Positions 26,035-42,920 of a DNA stretch of 64,000 nt are shown here, piece by piece. Below the pieces are notes generated by a model. That model did no database searches and was not told where the DNA came from. It was given only the letters and a program-made list of their open reading frames with translations. A program made the translations under genes and the position numbers. This DNA comes from Felis catus (lineage: Eukaryota): NCBI RefSeq assembly GCF_018350175.1, contig NC_058369.1, forward strand, positions 2,048,001 through 2,112,000. Reading direction: 5' to 3'. Within the stretch, counting starts at the first letter, position 1. Every line of letters begins with the position of its first letter.

Positions 26035-26431
26035 GGGGGGGCGCCTGGATGGCTCAATTAATTCAGCATCTGACTCTTGGTTTTGGCTCAGGTCATGATC
26101 TCACAGTTTTGTGAGTTTGAGTCCCATGTTGGGCTCTGTGCTGGTGGCATGGAGCCTGCTTGGGATTCTGTCTCCCTCTCTCTGCCCCTCCAAGTCACGC
26201 TATCTCTGTCTCTCTCAAAATATATAAACTTAAAAAAAAAAGTCTTTTTTTTTTAAGATTAATTTTGAGAGATCACACAGATGTGTGAATAGGGAGGGAC
26301 AGAGAGAGAGAGGGAGAGAGAAATTCCAAGCACAGAGCCTGACACAGGACTCCATCTCACAAACCATGAGATCACGACCTGAGCCGAAATCAAGAGTGGG
26401 ATGCTTAGCCAATTGAGCCATCTAGGTGCCC
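26035..26431. mobile_element. Tail-to-tail Can-SINE pair (+ 26035-26240, - 26245-26431)
   Basis: Two SINE heads pointing inward, with A and T tails adjacent. Confidence 0.9.
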
Positions 26432-26449
26432 TTAAAAAATATTGTCTTT

Positions 26450-27100
26450 CTGGGAATGCAACCTGGTGCAGCCACTCTGGAAAACAGTATGGAGGTTCCT
26501 CAAAAAACTAAAAATAGAACTACCCTATGACCCAGCAATTGTACTACTAGGCATTTATCTAAGGGATACAGGTGTGCTGTTTTGAAGGGACACATGCACC
26601 GCCCCCCCCCATGTTTATAGCAGCACTATCAATAGCCAAAGTATGGAAAGAGCCCAAATGTCCATTGATGGTTGAATGGATAAAGAAGATGTGGTATATA
26701 TATACAATGGAGTATTACTCGGCAATCAAAAGAACAAAATCTTGCCATTTGCAACTATGTGGATGGAACTGGAGGGTATTATGCTAAGTGAAATTAGAGA
26801 AAGACAATAATCACATGACTTCACTCATATGAGGACTTTAAGAGACAAAACAGTTGAACATAAGGGAAGGGAAACAAAAATAATATAAAAACAGGGAAGG
26901 GGACAAAACAGAAGAGACTCTTAAATATGGAGAACAAACAGAGGGTTACTGGAGGGGTTGTGGGAGAGAGCATGGGCTAAATGGGTAAGGGGCATTAAGG
27001 AATCTACCCTGAAGTCATTGTTGCACTATATGCTAACTAATTTGGATGTAAATTTAAAAAAATTAAAAAAAATAAAAAGTTTAAAAATACAAAAATACTT
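26450..27100 (+). mobile_element. 5'-truncated carnivore L1 3' end
   Basis: ORF2 C-terminus, 3'UTR ending ctatatgctaactaatttggatgtaaatt, poly-A; approximate TSD aaaaa(t)attgtcttt. Confidence 0.9.
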
Positions 27101-28236
27101 AAAAAATTGTCTTTGAATCATGAATATATGATGTTTCCATTATTCATATCTTTAATTTCTTTCAGCAATGATTTGTAGTTTTATCTTATATGAGTCTTTT
27201 GCCTTGTTGGTTAATTCCTAAACACTTAATACTTTTTGATGATGTTTTAAATGGAATTGTTTTTGTAATTTCCTTTTCAGATTTTTTATTTGATTTAGAA
27301 AAGAAACTTTTGTGTTTTTATCCTGATATTTTTCTAAGTTCATTTATTATTTCTAATGGTTGTGTGTGTGTGTGATTTTTAGAGTATTCTACACCTAAGC
27401 TGTACGGAGATCATCTTTATTCCTTTCCAAGTTGGATGCTTATTTCTTTTCCTTGCCTAATTGCTCTGGGTATAACTTCCAGTACTCCATTAAACAGGAG
27501 TGGTGAAATTCATTCTTATTCCTGATCTGAGGGCATAAGTTTTCAGTCTCTCACCACTGAGTGGGATGTTCTCTGGGGGTTTTTCTCATGCGGATTTTAT
27601 TAAATGGAGGTGGTACCTTTCTACTCCTAGTCGATGGAATGTTAACATAAAAGGGTGTTGAATTTTGTTGCGTGCTGTTTCTGCATCAGTTTAAGATAAT
27701 CCTTTGGATTTTTTCTCTTCATTTTTCTCATTAATGTGGCATATTGCATGGATCAATTTTTGTACGCCCAACCATTCTTACATTCCAGTGATAAGTCTCA
27801 CTTCATCACAGTGTACAATCCTTCCAGTATGCTGCTGAGTTCTATCTGCTAGCATTTTGTTGGGGAGTTTTGCATACAAATTCATAAAGGATATTGGTTT
27901 GTAGTTTTGTTTCCTGGGGGGTGATGCTTGTCTCACAGAATAACTTGAGAAGTGTTCCTTCTCTCCTCTTCAATTTTTTGGAAAATTTTGATAAGGATTA
28001 GTATTCTTCTTCACGTGTTTGGTACAATACACCAGTGAAGCCTTCAGGTTCATGACTTTTCTTTGGGAGAATTTTGACTACTGATTCAACCTCATTAGAT
28101 TTCTATTTGGAATTTGTTTCCTCATGATTGATTCTCGGTACATTTTGTGTTTCTAGGAATTCCCCCATTCCATCTAGGTTGTCCAAGTTTTTGCTGTACG
28201 TTTCTTCATAGTATTCTCTTGTAGTCTTTCTTACTG

Positions 28237-28448
28237 CTTTTTTTAATGTTTTATTTTTTATTTTTGACACAGAGATAGAGCATGAGCAGGGAAGGGGCAG
28301 AGAAAGAGGGAGACACAGAATCCGAAGCAGCCTCCAGGTTTTGAGCTGTCAGCACAGAGCCTGACGCAGTGCTTGAACCCACAAACCGCGAGATCATGAC
28401 CTGAGCCAAAGTCGGACGCTCAAGCGACTGAGCCACCCAGGCGCCCCA
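28237..28448 (-). mobile_element. Can-SINE
   Basis: Reverse SINE structure. Confidence 0.9.
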
Positions 28449-28824
28449 GTCCTTTTTATTTCTGTAGATTCAGTAGCAATGTCCTGTCACTTCTGATCTT
28501 AGTAATTTGAGTCTTCTCCTTCTCAGTCTACCTAGCTAAAGGTTTGCCAATTTTGTTGATCTTTTCAACCAAGTTTTGGTTTCATTGATTTTCTCTATTT
28601 TCTTCTTCATTTATCTCTGCTCTAATGTTTATTATTTCCTTTCTTCCGCTAGGTTTGGATTTCGTCCCTCTTTCTTGATTTCTGAGGTTGTGAAGTCAGG
28701 TTGTTGATTTGAGGTCGTCCTTGTGTCTTAATGTAAGCATATGTACATACATTCTCTCTTAGCAATGCTTTTACTGCTCTCTGTATGTTTTGGTAAGTTT
28801 ATCCTTTTCATTTCTCTCAAGAAC

Positions 28825-29026
28825 TTTTTTTTTTAATGTTTATTTTTGAGAGGGAGAGACAGAGCGTGCGTAGGGGAGGGGCATAGAGAGGGAGACAGAA
28901 TCCAAAGCAGGCTTCAGGTTCTAAGCTGTCAGCACAGAGCCTGATGCAAGACTTGAACTCAAGAACTGCGAGATCATGACCTGAGCTGAAGTCCGATGTT
29001 CAGCCCACTGAGCCACACAGGCGCCC
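28825..29026 (-). mobile_element. Can-SINE
   Basis: TSD tctctcaag(a/t)actt. Confidence 0.9.
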
Positions 29027-29082
29027 CTCTCTCAAGTACTTGTAAATTTCTCTTGTGATGCCTTCTTTGACCCATTTGAGCT

Positions 29083-29280
29083 ATTTTTTAATGTTTATTT
29101 TTGAAAGACAGATTGTGAACAGGGGGGACAGAGAGAGAGAGAGGGAGACACAGAATCGGAAGCGGGCTCCAGGCTCCCCTGTCAGCACAGAGCCTGACGT
29201 GGGGCTCAAACTCACAAACTATGAGACTGTAACGTGAGCCAAAGTCAGACGCTTAACCGACTAAGCCACCCTGGTGCCCC
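29083..29280 (-). mobile_element. Can-SINE
   Basis: TSD atttgagctatttt. Confidence 0.9.
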
Positions 29281-30004
29281 AATTTGAGCTATTTTAAAGT
29301 ATGGTAATTAACACTGCTGTCAGAGAAAAGGTGCCATCGCTGAAGAGAAACCATATGCTGTTGGGGTTGATGAGGGCAAAGGAAGTCCTCGTGCAGTTAC
29401 AGTTACTGCACCCACCCATCCGCTTCTCTGTGTTTGAATAAAATGATAGCAATTTGAAATACTTGGAAGTAAAATCTAACTAAAATAATGAGAAAAGATA
29501 AGTTAACCAAATGCTTCAAAGAGTATGCAAGTTCTGCGTGGAGAATAGCTGTCATTGTCTTTATGCTCTCCTCTGTTTCTTGGTGTTTTACAAATAGGCT
29601 GGGGTACATAACAGAATAGCGGGTGATTGAAGGACACATGGGTGCATGTACCTTTGTGATATCCTTGGCAGTCGTGACACTGTTGGATGTGACTGTGCAT
29701 GTGTTGAGCTGATTGTGTGGCCGTGGGGATTGCTGTGGCTGAGGAGTGTGTGTCCTTGTGACATGGATTCTGCCACTGTTCCAGCCTGCGCACCTCATGC
29801 CACAGAGACCTGCTCCCTAGTGGGTGCAGTTGTGCATCACTAATGATGCTTCTCAGCAGGAGGACACTTCGGTTCCTTATGGGAACACTGGAGCTCGAGG
29901 AGACCTCGGGACAGGCCCTGGAGAGAGAGAGACATGCTGCTGAGGCCCAAGGATTACGATTCCCCATAGGAAAGACTGGGCTGGGCTTTTGTTTCATGGC
30001 CACA

Positions 30005-30530
30005 GCATTCCCAAAGGATTGACAGGACTCAGCATCTAGTCACGGTCACTGCCAAGATCTCTCATAGGGAAAGGATACAGGGAAAGGATTAGTGAGAGGA
30101 ATAGGTCCATGGGCCCAAGTTTGGGAAGCAAGGCCCAAGCTTTTGGGTTCTCCCACTGGAGGCACACAGGGTGCACTCCATGAATTTTTTGTGACAGCTC
30201 ATGTAAATTGTTGCCAGCCAGGGAGGCTCAGTACAGAAACAGTGCCAAGGTTTGTATCGGGGAACAGCTCACACAAGTACTGACTGCCTGTCACATGCCA
30301 ACATTCCAGACTCCCAGAAGGAGGGCAGGACTTCTGCTTGAACTACATTGCTTATACAAACAGTATAGACGTAGCCAACCTTTCAAAGGACAGCAGTCGG
30401 GCCTGCTGTGTTAACTCTTGTCTACAGTCCAGGCCTTTGGCCCTTGGTTTACAGCAAAATAGTTATCAGTGGGAACCATATGGCAGGATGAGACCATCTG
30501 CTGGTGCTGATCTCTGTTATGATGTTTAAG
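30005..30530 (-). mobile_element. MER21-like LTR
   Basis: acaggactcagcat, gaaaggatacag and cattccagactcccagaagga match the recalled MER21 consensus. Confidence 0.7.
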
Positions 30531-32454
30531 GATAGTGGACTTTGGAAAAAAGAAAGGCTTTTCTTAGAAAGCCAGCTGGATTCCTCCTTAAACTTCTGTA
30601 TCCACCTTTTTGGCTGGCCTATCAATTCAGACACAACACAACTCTGCCCAGTAACTGGAAGTTGACCTGAATGTCTCCCACAGCTCAGGCAGTGTCAGCA
30701 CATGTGACACACACAGGAAGTACAGTCCCAAAGGAGGCAGAGAGGGCACAGCTGTCAGGGTGTCCTGAGCACACATTGGTGCATCAGGCAGTTCAGGCTC
30801 AGAGGTCCCTGTGTGGCTTCTAATGTGGCCCCTTCTGCCTCTAGAGTTCTCTGTCCTGTCCAGATAATTTAGTTCAGTCCTTGACTTTAGAAGGACTGCC
30901 TCACTCCCAGATGGCTTGCCTGCCCTGACCCCCTGCTTCATTCGCCTGGACAGTGTCTCCAGGTGCTCCATATGGGAATAACAGAGCCAGGCAGTGCCAG
31001 CCAGACTCACATGGGTCAGCCCAGCCATCTGCGCTCAGACACTCACAGCACTTTAGAAAGGTGGCGTGAGGTTTCCTTCAGGAAGGATTCTGAGAAACAA
31101 GGTTGACATTGGCCTCTGCCTTCCCCATCACCTCACTAGACACCAGACTTGTGTCCCACTTAGCCATTATAACATGACATTTCAAAACCAGCCCCTCCTC
31201 TCATCCAGACCTTTCCCGTGGAAGAGGCGTGCAGAAGAGGAATAACAACATTTCCACGGAAAACATTTTGATACAACTTACTCAGACACATCCCATTTAA
31301 AAGTTGTTCAGGACGAGATGCTAAGTTTTCAAAAATGAATTTGCACAACCTCCCACTCATTTTGTCCTGATGATTTATCCAGCAAGCAGCCCAGAAGAGA
31401 GGAGTATGTTTCTGGAGACCACCACCTTAGTACAGTGTGCATACCAGGAGGAAGGGCAAGGGAGGTGGGTCAGGCTTCCAGAAAGCAGATGAGAGTTGTG
31501 ATGAGAGTTGTGACATCAGAGCCTGATGTCAGGGGTGGACAGAGAGGCCACTGTCCCTGTGTTGTGCCCTCCCCAAACAAACAGCTTTTGGTAGGAATCA
31601 CAAGTTAGCAGTACAGTCGGTCTGTGTATCAGATGATCGCTGCAAACATTTGTGTCTGTTTTTACCATCCACGCATCGATCCAGAAGCAAGAGCACAAAA
31701 CAGAAAGCCTGCGACCTCCCCCTCCTTTTTTTAATCATTACAAATTTACTCAGACCCCGAGCAGTAAATTTGGCATTTATAGTGTTGGCATTAGGGCTGC
31801 CAAGTAAGATCATGGGCTAGAATGCAGGAGAGGCTAGGGGAGTGGTACGCCAAGGCAAGAGCTTTTACAAACGCAGCTTGTAACTCTGAGTTCACACCCA
31901 CACTGGGAAGACCCTGATCTGTAATACCCATTTCCAAAGTCTGAGTGCACATCAGGTGGCCTAAAACTTTTAACCGTCAAGATTTTAAGCTTGAGGCATG
32001 CCCCTACCTTTATTTTCATGCGACGTCATTCATGTAAACTCCACAAATTCACAGCTGTAAGTATTTCTTCCCAATATTTACAAATACTTCCAACAGTTCC
32101 TGAAACACTTCATTCACAATTTATTCAGTGTGTTTGTATGAATTAATGATGAGCTCCTCACTGCAACTGTTACTGTCCATAGAGAAAATACACATCACAC
32201 CCCATGCATTTCCTGTTATCTGACTTGCCACAGTTTGCTTTCCTGAAAGGTCCCTATTTCCTTATAAACCACACCTTTGCCATGTTGACAATCTCTCTTT
32301 TCTCACAAAAATACAAGACCAGGAGTGTTAACACTTGTTTGTGTCATGCCTCTACATCCAGGGCCTAGGATGTCCTGGTTAGCTTTAAACCTAACTGTAT
32401 ACATTTTGAGACTAAAATGCTGGGTACATGAGGGCTGCTCAGAAAACAGCATCA

Positions 32455-32581
32455 AGGTGCGACTGGGTGGCTCAGTCAGTTAAGCATCCAATTCTTGGTT
32501 TCGACTTGGGTCATGATCTCAAGATTTGTGGGTTTGAGCCCTGCATCAGGCTCCACACTGACAGCACAGGGCCTGCTTGGG

Positions 32582-32617
<36 letters not shown>

Positions 32618-32757
32618 TCCCTCTCCCTCTCCCTCTCCCTCTCCCTCTCCCTCTCCCTCTCCCTCTCCCTCCCTCTCCCTCTCCCTCTCTCTCTCTCTCC
32701 CCGACTTGCATGCACACACTTGCTCTCAAAATAAATAAAAACTTAAAAAAAAAAAAA
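32455..32757 (+). mobile_element. Can-SINE with expanded (CT)n/(CCCTCT)n tract (32584-32700)
   Basis: SINE head, ~115-bp pyrimidine repeat, A tail. Confidence 0.92.
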
Positions 32758-33564
32758 TCATACCAGAAAGAAAAGTCCTTGAATTTGTACAAACCTAGTA
32801 ACCTGACAGAATAAGTGTTGCCTAAGTTGGTAATTAGTTGATTTCACAGTCCATAATCGCAATGGGATGTTTTAATATATCCCCAGAGTGAAAAGTAAAA
32901 AAGAACATTTCTTAGTATCCATGTTGGGGATCACATGGAAATGCTGACAGCCTGAGAATGAAAGTCAAGTGCTCGCTGTCTGTTTTGAGGGTACTCTTGA
33001 TTAAAAGGGGCAGGAATCACTACAATAGTCTAGAAGTCAGTGTTCAGTCTGCTTTTTGTATGTCTCATGCATATTTGACAGTTAATGAATTTGAACCGAG
33101 AAGTCTGTGGGGAAGACATTTAGGGAAATATTCCCAGACTTACCCACGAATTGTGTAATGAAATCCGGTATAACCATCTCCAACTCCATCTATACATTTC
33201 ATTATGTCACAGGTCTCTATTCTTAATTCAAAACTTACTGTCCAGGTCATACGGAGAAGTAAGGAAAAGAGAAAATTGCAGGAGATAAAGATTGCTCTTT
33301 GTAGAGTTTTGCATACTTACCAAATTTTGCATCAAACAAGACTATTTTAGTAAGAAAAATACAGAAGTGATATCCACTATGTGCCATACTAGAACAGTAA
33401 GAAAATTGCTAAAGTTCTGTTGTTCTAATGATACAGAAAAACTATGGTTTTGTTCATCTCAGCCTGTCAGTAGCCATGCTATTGGCTAGGAATGCCTGGG
33501 GGCACTCCCCTGAGCCATACTACTTGCGGTGAGCCCCCACAGACATGTCCCATCCAGAGCTAGT

Positions 33565-33830
33565 GTTATGACTGGACTGTTCCTTGTGGTTCTTCATATG
33601 ACTGTAAGATGCACCTCACCAATGGCCATCATGGAACTTACAAGAACTAGGTTTAATACAAGTCCTGGAGAGTACATAGCACACCTGGGCCACATAGCAA
33701 GGTTGTGAGTACAGAGAGCATGCACACCGGGTGTTCTACATATGTTGGGGTCAAGGGTGGAGGGTGGTTCCCTACCTATTGGTTCTATTGGCAGCTGTAT
33801 TATACAACCAGCAAGGTTTATTCCAGATGG
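33565..33830. mobile_element. Old ERVL-type LTR fragment (MER74/MER88-like)
   Basis: cctggagagtacatagcacacctgggccacatagcaagg...ggggtcaagggtgg resembles a recalled consensus. Confidence 0.4.
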
Positions 33831-34096
33831 AGCTTTGAAGTGGATGTACTGTCAGGCACTTACCTACGATACAGAAGAGTTAAGTTTTCTGTAACATTTT
33901 TAAAAAAAAGCACCTTTCTGTAACATTAAAAGCACACTTGAAATTACTATGGTTCAAATAAACTACAAAGAAAGAAAAACGGGAAAATCGGGGGAACACT
34001 ATTCAAACATATGCACTCTAGCTGAAAGACTTGGAGAGTTATTTCTGACATGAACATTTTTTTGTGAAAGAACTGGAAATTCACTATTTAGGGGTC

Positions 34097-34542
34097 CATT
34101 TTTTTAAGTTTATTTATTTTGAGAGAGAGAGAGAGCAGGGGAGGGGCAGAGACAGAGAGAGGGAAACAGAGAATCCCAAGCAGGCTCCATGCACAAAGCC
34201 CAACACAGGGCTTGAACCTACGAACTGTGAGATCATGACCTGAGCTAAAGTTAAGAGTTAGACACTCAATTGACTGAACCACCCAGGCACTCGTAGGGGT
34301 CCATTTTTAATTTTAATTTTTTTTAATGTTTATTTATTATTTTTGAGAGAGAGAGAGAGAGAGAGAGAGCGCAAGCATGAATAGGGGAGGGGCAGAGAGA
34401 GAGGGAAACACAGAATCGGAAGCAGGCTCCAGGCTCTGAGCCATCAGCCCAGAGCCCGATGTGGGGCTCGAAGTCACGGACCGTGAGATCGTGACCTGAG
34501 CTGAAGTCGGACGCTTAATCAACTGAGCCACCCAGGCGCCCC
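34097..34542 (-). mobile_element. Two tandem Can-SINEs sharing one target site
   Basis: aggggtccattttt present three times (~34090, ~34296, ~34543). Confidence 0.92.
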
Positions 34543-34741
34543 AGGGGTCCATTTTTTAAATGAGGTAATGACAAACACAATACCATATTTATATCTTCTA
34601 TATTTCTTTCCTGGCATGAATTTTCTGGAATATTATATATAAATCAGTGCAAGGTTTTCCAACATTACTTACAATTAAGGAACTCCCCTCTAAAAAGTAT
34701 GACTTAACAAATTTTTCAAATATTCCATGCCTTTCTGGAGC

Positions 34742-38088
<3,347 letters not shown>

Positions 38089-39849
38089 CTAAATCAATTC
38101 ATAGAAGGTTCAAAACGGAACTTCTGGTCTCACAATACGTGACCTGACTGCTAATAGGCTTTCTTGAACCACTAAGGAATCAACCTTAACTCTACATTTA
38201 TTATGACCACTCTTGTCTTACTTCTTTCTATCATTAGGCCCCAGACAGATATGCCATGCATATGAAATAAATACTTCTGTTGGAAAGTATGCAGTAAAAG
38301 GGTAACAGAGTTCAATTATCCAAACCTATTTCAATAATCCTTTAGGACTCATTAAACTGAGTTCTAAAGCACATTCTTTAGGACTAGCCCTTGACCAGCT
38401 CCTGGGAGCAAACATGCAAGCCCTTGAAATACAATGGTAACTCTGTGCATATAGGTGGGGCCTTGGGCCGTGGCAGAGCTCATGCTAACAATATGATTTT
38501 TTATTTTTTTTAATTTACATCCAAGTTAGTTAGCATATAGTGCAACAGTAATTTCAGGAGTAGATTCCTTACTGCCCTTTACCCATTTAGCCCATCCCCC
38601 ACCCTCAACCCCTCCATTAATGCTCTGTTCTCCATATTTAAGAGTCTCTTATGTTTTGTCCCCCTCCCTGTTATATTATTTTTGCTTCCCTTCCCTTATG
38701 TTCACCTGCTTTGTATCTTAAATTGCACATATGAGTGAAGTCCTATGATTATTTGTCTTTCTCTAATTACGGTTAGCATAATACCCACTAGTTGCAAATG
38801 TTCACATAGTTGCAAATGGCAAGATTTCATTTTTTTTTTTTTTGATTGTTGAGTAATACTCATACCACATCTTCTTTATCCATTCATCTGTCGATGGACA
38901 TTTGGGCTCTTTCCATACTTTGGCTGTTGTTGATAATGCTGCTATAAACATTGGGGTGCATGTGCCCCTTCGAAACAGCACACCTGTATCCCTTGGATAA
39001 ATACCTAGCAGTGCAATTGCTAGCTCATAGGGTAGTTCTATTTTTAATTTTTTGAGGAACCCCCATACTGTTTTCCAGAGTGGCTGTTTCCCACCAGCAG
39101 TGCAAAAGAGATCCTCTTTCTCTGCATCCTTGCCAACATCTGTGTTGCCTGAGTTGTTAATGTTAGCCATTCTGACAGGTGTGAGTTAGGTTGTCATTGT
39201 GGTTTATATTTCCCTGTTGATGAGTGATGTTGAGCATTTTTTCATGTTTCGGCCATCTGGATGTCTTCTTTGGAAAAGTGTCTACTCATATCTTTTGCCC
39301 ATTTCTTCCCTGGATTTTTTTGGGGGTGTTGAGTTTGATAAGTTCTTTATAGATTTTTGATACCCTTTATCTGATATGTCATTTGCAAATATCTTCTCCC
39401 ATTCTGCCAGTTGCCTTTTAGTTTTGCTGTGTCCTTTGCTGTGCAGAAGCTTTTTATTTTGATGAGGTCCCAGTAGTTCATTTTTGCTTTTGTTTCCCTT
39501 GCCTCCAGAGACATGTTGAATAAGAAGGTGCTGCAGCCAAGGTCAAAGAGGTTTTTCCCTGCTTTCTCCTCGAGGATTTTGATGGCTTCCTGTCTTCCAT
39601 TTAGGTCTTTCATGCATTTTGAGTTTCTTTTTGTGTAGGGTGTAAGAAAGTGGTCCAGGTTCATTTTTCTGCCTGTCGCTGCCCAGTTTTCCCAGCACCA
39701 CTTGCTGAAGAGACTTTCCATTGGATATTCTTTCCTGCTTTGTCTTCTCTATTCTTGATCTACATGTCTGTTCTTGTGCCCATACCATACTGTCTTGATG
39801 ATTACAGCTTTGTAATACAGCTTGAAGTCCAGGATTGTGATGCCTCCTG

Positions 39850-39880
<31 letters not shown>

Positions 39881-40697
39881 CCCAAGATTGCTTTGGCTAT
39901 TTGAGAACTTTTCTGGTTCCATACAAATTTTAGGATTGTTTGTTCTAGCTCTGTGAAGAATGCTGGTGTTATTTTGATAGGGATTGCATTGAATATTTTT
40001 CCATTTTTTGGTGTCTTCAATTTCTTTCATAAGCTTTCTATACTTTTCAGTGTATAGATTTTTTACCTCTTTGGTTGGATTTATTCTTAGGTATTTTATG
40101 GGTTTTGGTGCAGTTGTAAATGGGATCGATTCCTTGATTTCTCTTGGTGTATAGGAATGCAACAGATTTCTGTGCATTGATTTTATATCCTGCAACGTTG
40201 CTGAATTCATGGATCAGTTCTAGCAGTTTTTTGGTGGAATCTTTTCGGTTTTCCATTATAGAGTATCATGTCATCTGCAAAGAGTAAAAGTCTGACCTCC
40301 TCCTGGCCGATTTCGATGCCTTTTATTTCTTTGTGTTGTCTGATCGCAGAGGCTAAGACTTCCAATGCTATGTTGAATAACAGTGGCAAGAGTGGACATT
40401 CCTGTCGTGTTCCTGACCTTAGGGGAAAAGCTCTCAGTTTTTCCCCATTGAGAATGATATTAACATTGGGTTTTTCATATATGGCTTTTATGATATCCAG
40501 GTATGATCCTTCTATCCCTACTTTTTGAGGGTTTTTATCAAGAAAGCGTGCTGTATTTTGTTAAATGCTTTCTCTGCATCTTCTGAGAGGATCGTGCGAT
40601 TCTTGTCCTTTCTTTTATTGATGTGATTAATCACATTGATTGTTTTGTGGATATTGAACCAGCCCTGCATCCCAGGTCTAAATCCCAGCTGGTCATG

Positions 40698-41107
40698 TGT
40701 GGGAGATCTAGGAGAAAAACATCAAAGGAAAAGACTTCAAACGGGAAAGGCTGGAGCAGGTGCAAGGCCTTAGGACATGTTTTCACAGCTGAAGGTGGCT
40801 GCTGCTCTTAAGGAATGCCTTGAGGCATTAGCATGGTCCAGGGCCGGATCCTCCTTCACTCCCGACCCTTCCTGGCTTCATAAAGAACAATTATCTAGAA
40901 ATTCAACCTTGAAAAACAAAACTATTAAGTTGATTAATATACTTGCTGAGCTGACTTTATGCACGTAGCCTTTAGCAATTTCCCTAGTAAAAGGGGGCTT
41001 CATTCTGGAGTCGGGGCCTCATTCCAACTCGAGTATGAGGACCTTCACTTAACTGCATTTTGCTTGCAGACTCTTCTTTTGCGACTCCAGCCATACTCTC
41101 TGCAACA
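40698..41107 (+). repeat. 5' LTR (410 bp)
   Basis: TGTGG...CAACA; AGTAAA poly(A)-type signal at 40986-40991. Confidence 0.97.
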
Positions 41108-41109
41108 TC

Positions 41110-41127
41110 TGGTGTAGTCGGCAGGAT
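41110..41127 (+). promoter_or_regulatory. Primer-binding site complementary to tRNA-Ser
   Basis: TGGTGTAGTCGGCAGGAT versus TGGCGTAGTCGGCAGGAT, the reverse complement of the tRNA-Ser 3' end (17/18). Confidence 0.88.
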
Positions 41128-41230
41128 ACAGTGCGGCAAACAGTTTTCGAGACTACTTTTGGTTTACAGTCGCGAAGGACCAAAGTGGAGCGGTAGGACA
41201 GGTAAATCTCAGCTTTGGGATAGTGAAGTT

Positions 41231-42920
41231 ACGGGAAACTCCCAATCTCATGATTAAGAGCCTTACTCTAAATTAGTCTGTACTTTATTAGAGTTCAAGA
41301 GTCAAAGTAAAAAGGGGAACTTTTGATGAGCTCTGGTAGTTGGTTAGAAAACACTGCTATTGATTTACCCCTTCTGGAAAAAATCTTTTAAACCTTAAAC
41401 AATGGAGATTGATTATGAAAATGCTTAGATGCACTCATCAAAATGGAGATACCATTTCCTTAAAAGTCTGGTCTTTATGCTCCTTAATTGAGATGGCTTT
41501 ACAGCCTTTACATCTGACACAGAACAAAATATAGGTTCACCTAAATGAAAACTCATCCGGATGAAGGAGACGAGTCGGATTTTACATCCAATAGTTTTGA
41601 GGATGAGTCTCCTTCTGAGGGAATCAAGGCTGTAGCACCTGAGGAAAATACTTCACCAGGATGGCCTCCGCCACCACCCACAAATGATAATTTGGAGGCT
41701 ACTGCCCCCCCCTTATATTAAAGGACACCCCCCCCTCCTTTACCTGAGGATACAAAAATTCCTACTCATATTAAACAAAAAACTGCCTGTTCAGTTACTT
41801 TCAATCCTTTTTCTAATAACCAGCCCTGCATATTAGTTCCTCGCAGGGAGTATGAGGGCCCTATCATTACACCTCTGATGCGAGGGTTGATAAAGGCTAA
41901 AGAGGAAGGAGATTTAGAATTGATACAACCGGTATCAGAACTATTTCCGGTTACTCTGAATGCTTTCCCGCCAAATGCACAATATCTTAATGGAGGCTAT
42001 AATGCTGAATATTCTCAGATCCCTGTAAAAATCCTGAAGGATCTTCAAATGGCTTGTGCCCAATACAGCATTAACTCCCCTTATGCAGAGCTTACTTTCA
42101 GCATTTGCTGACACCGAACGCTTGCTCCCTAAAGATTGGGAAATGTTGGCTAGAACTGTTTTATCCCATGCTGAATATTTATAATTTATGACTTGGTGGG
42201 AAGATCAGGCTAAGATTCAAGGGGAAAGAAACCTTCATGATGATATTCCTGTTGACAAAGAACAACTTTTTGGACAAGGAGAATATTCTCAACTAAGAGA
42301 TCAATGTGGTATGAGTGATCAAGCGACACAACAAGTACAAAATTGTTGCAAGATGGCTTGGCCACATATAGCTACTCCAGGCGAGGTTACCCCCTCATTT
42401 ACTGAACCTTATGTTGACTTTTTAGCAAGATTAAGAGATGTTTTGGAAAACAATTCCTCAAGAGGGCCTAAGGGATTTGTTGCTTCCCATTGTGCCTCCA
42501 ATAATGCTAATTTGGAATGCCAGCAAGTTCTTCGTCTGTCCGGTAAGAGCGGCTGCTGGGTCCACAGCTGACTATGTGAAAGCATGTGCTGATTTTGGCA
42601 CCCCACTTTACAATATGAACCTACTTTAAAAGGGATGGGCCCTTTTAAGTCTAATACCGAATGCTCTGGTTGTGGGAAAATCAGCCATAGGAAGAAAGAC
42701 TGTCAAAAAATGAAGGACAAATTTATGATAACAGTACCAGTACTAATAATCTACCCATATCGATACCTCCAACTGCTTTATGCCCTCATTGCGAAAAAGG
42801 ACATCATCGGGCCAATCGGCGCCATTCCAAATATCACACAGATGGGGCATTCTCTTTAATCTTCTAATATTGATCAAAATCAGGGAAACTTCTCACGGGG
42901 CCTAGCTCAGGGCCTAACAA
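41231..42920 (+). pseudogene. gag: gag (disrupted)
   Basis: Start ATG>ACG (GNSQ), late-domain-like ATAPPLY, MHR remnant EPYVDFLARL, zinc knuckle CSGCGKISHRKKDC. Confidence 0.9.

Larger units (their letters stand above)
24366..29080 (-). mobile_element. Old L1 ORF2 fragment interrupted by a solo LTR, SINEs and a younger L1
   Basis: ORF2-like peptides LYLTPYPNINSRWIKKLHV and HKDRHIDQADRIENPE; continues at 25607-25750 and 27115-29080. Confidence 0.85.

Noticed and set aside
29300..33400. Possible exons of a plus-strand gene from the 16-kb promoter
   Set aside because: No KRAB or finger motifs and no convincing splice-bounded ORF found
40777..40968. 63-aa ORF in both LTRs as a superantigen-like accessory gene
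   Set aside because: Very short, no recognisable motif, and conserved only because the LTRs are ~97% identical
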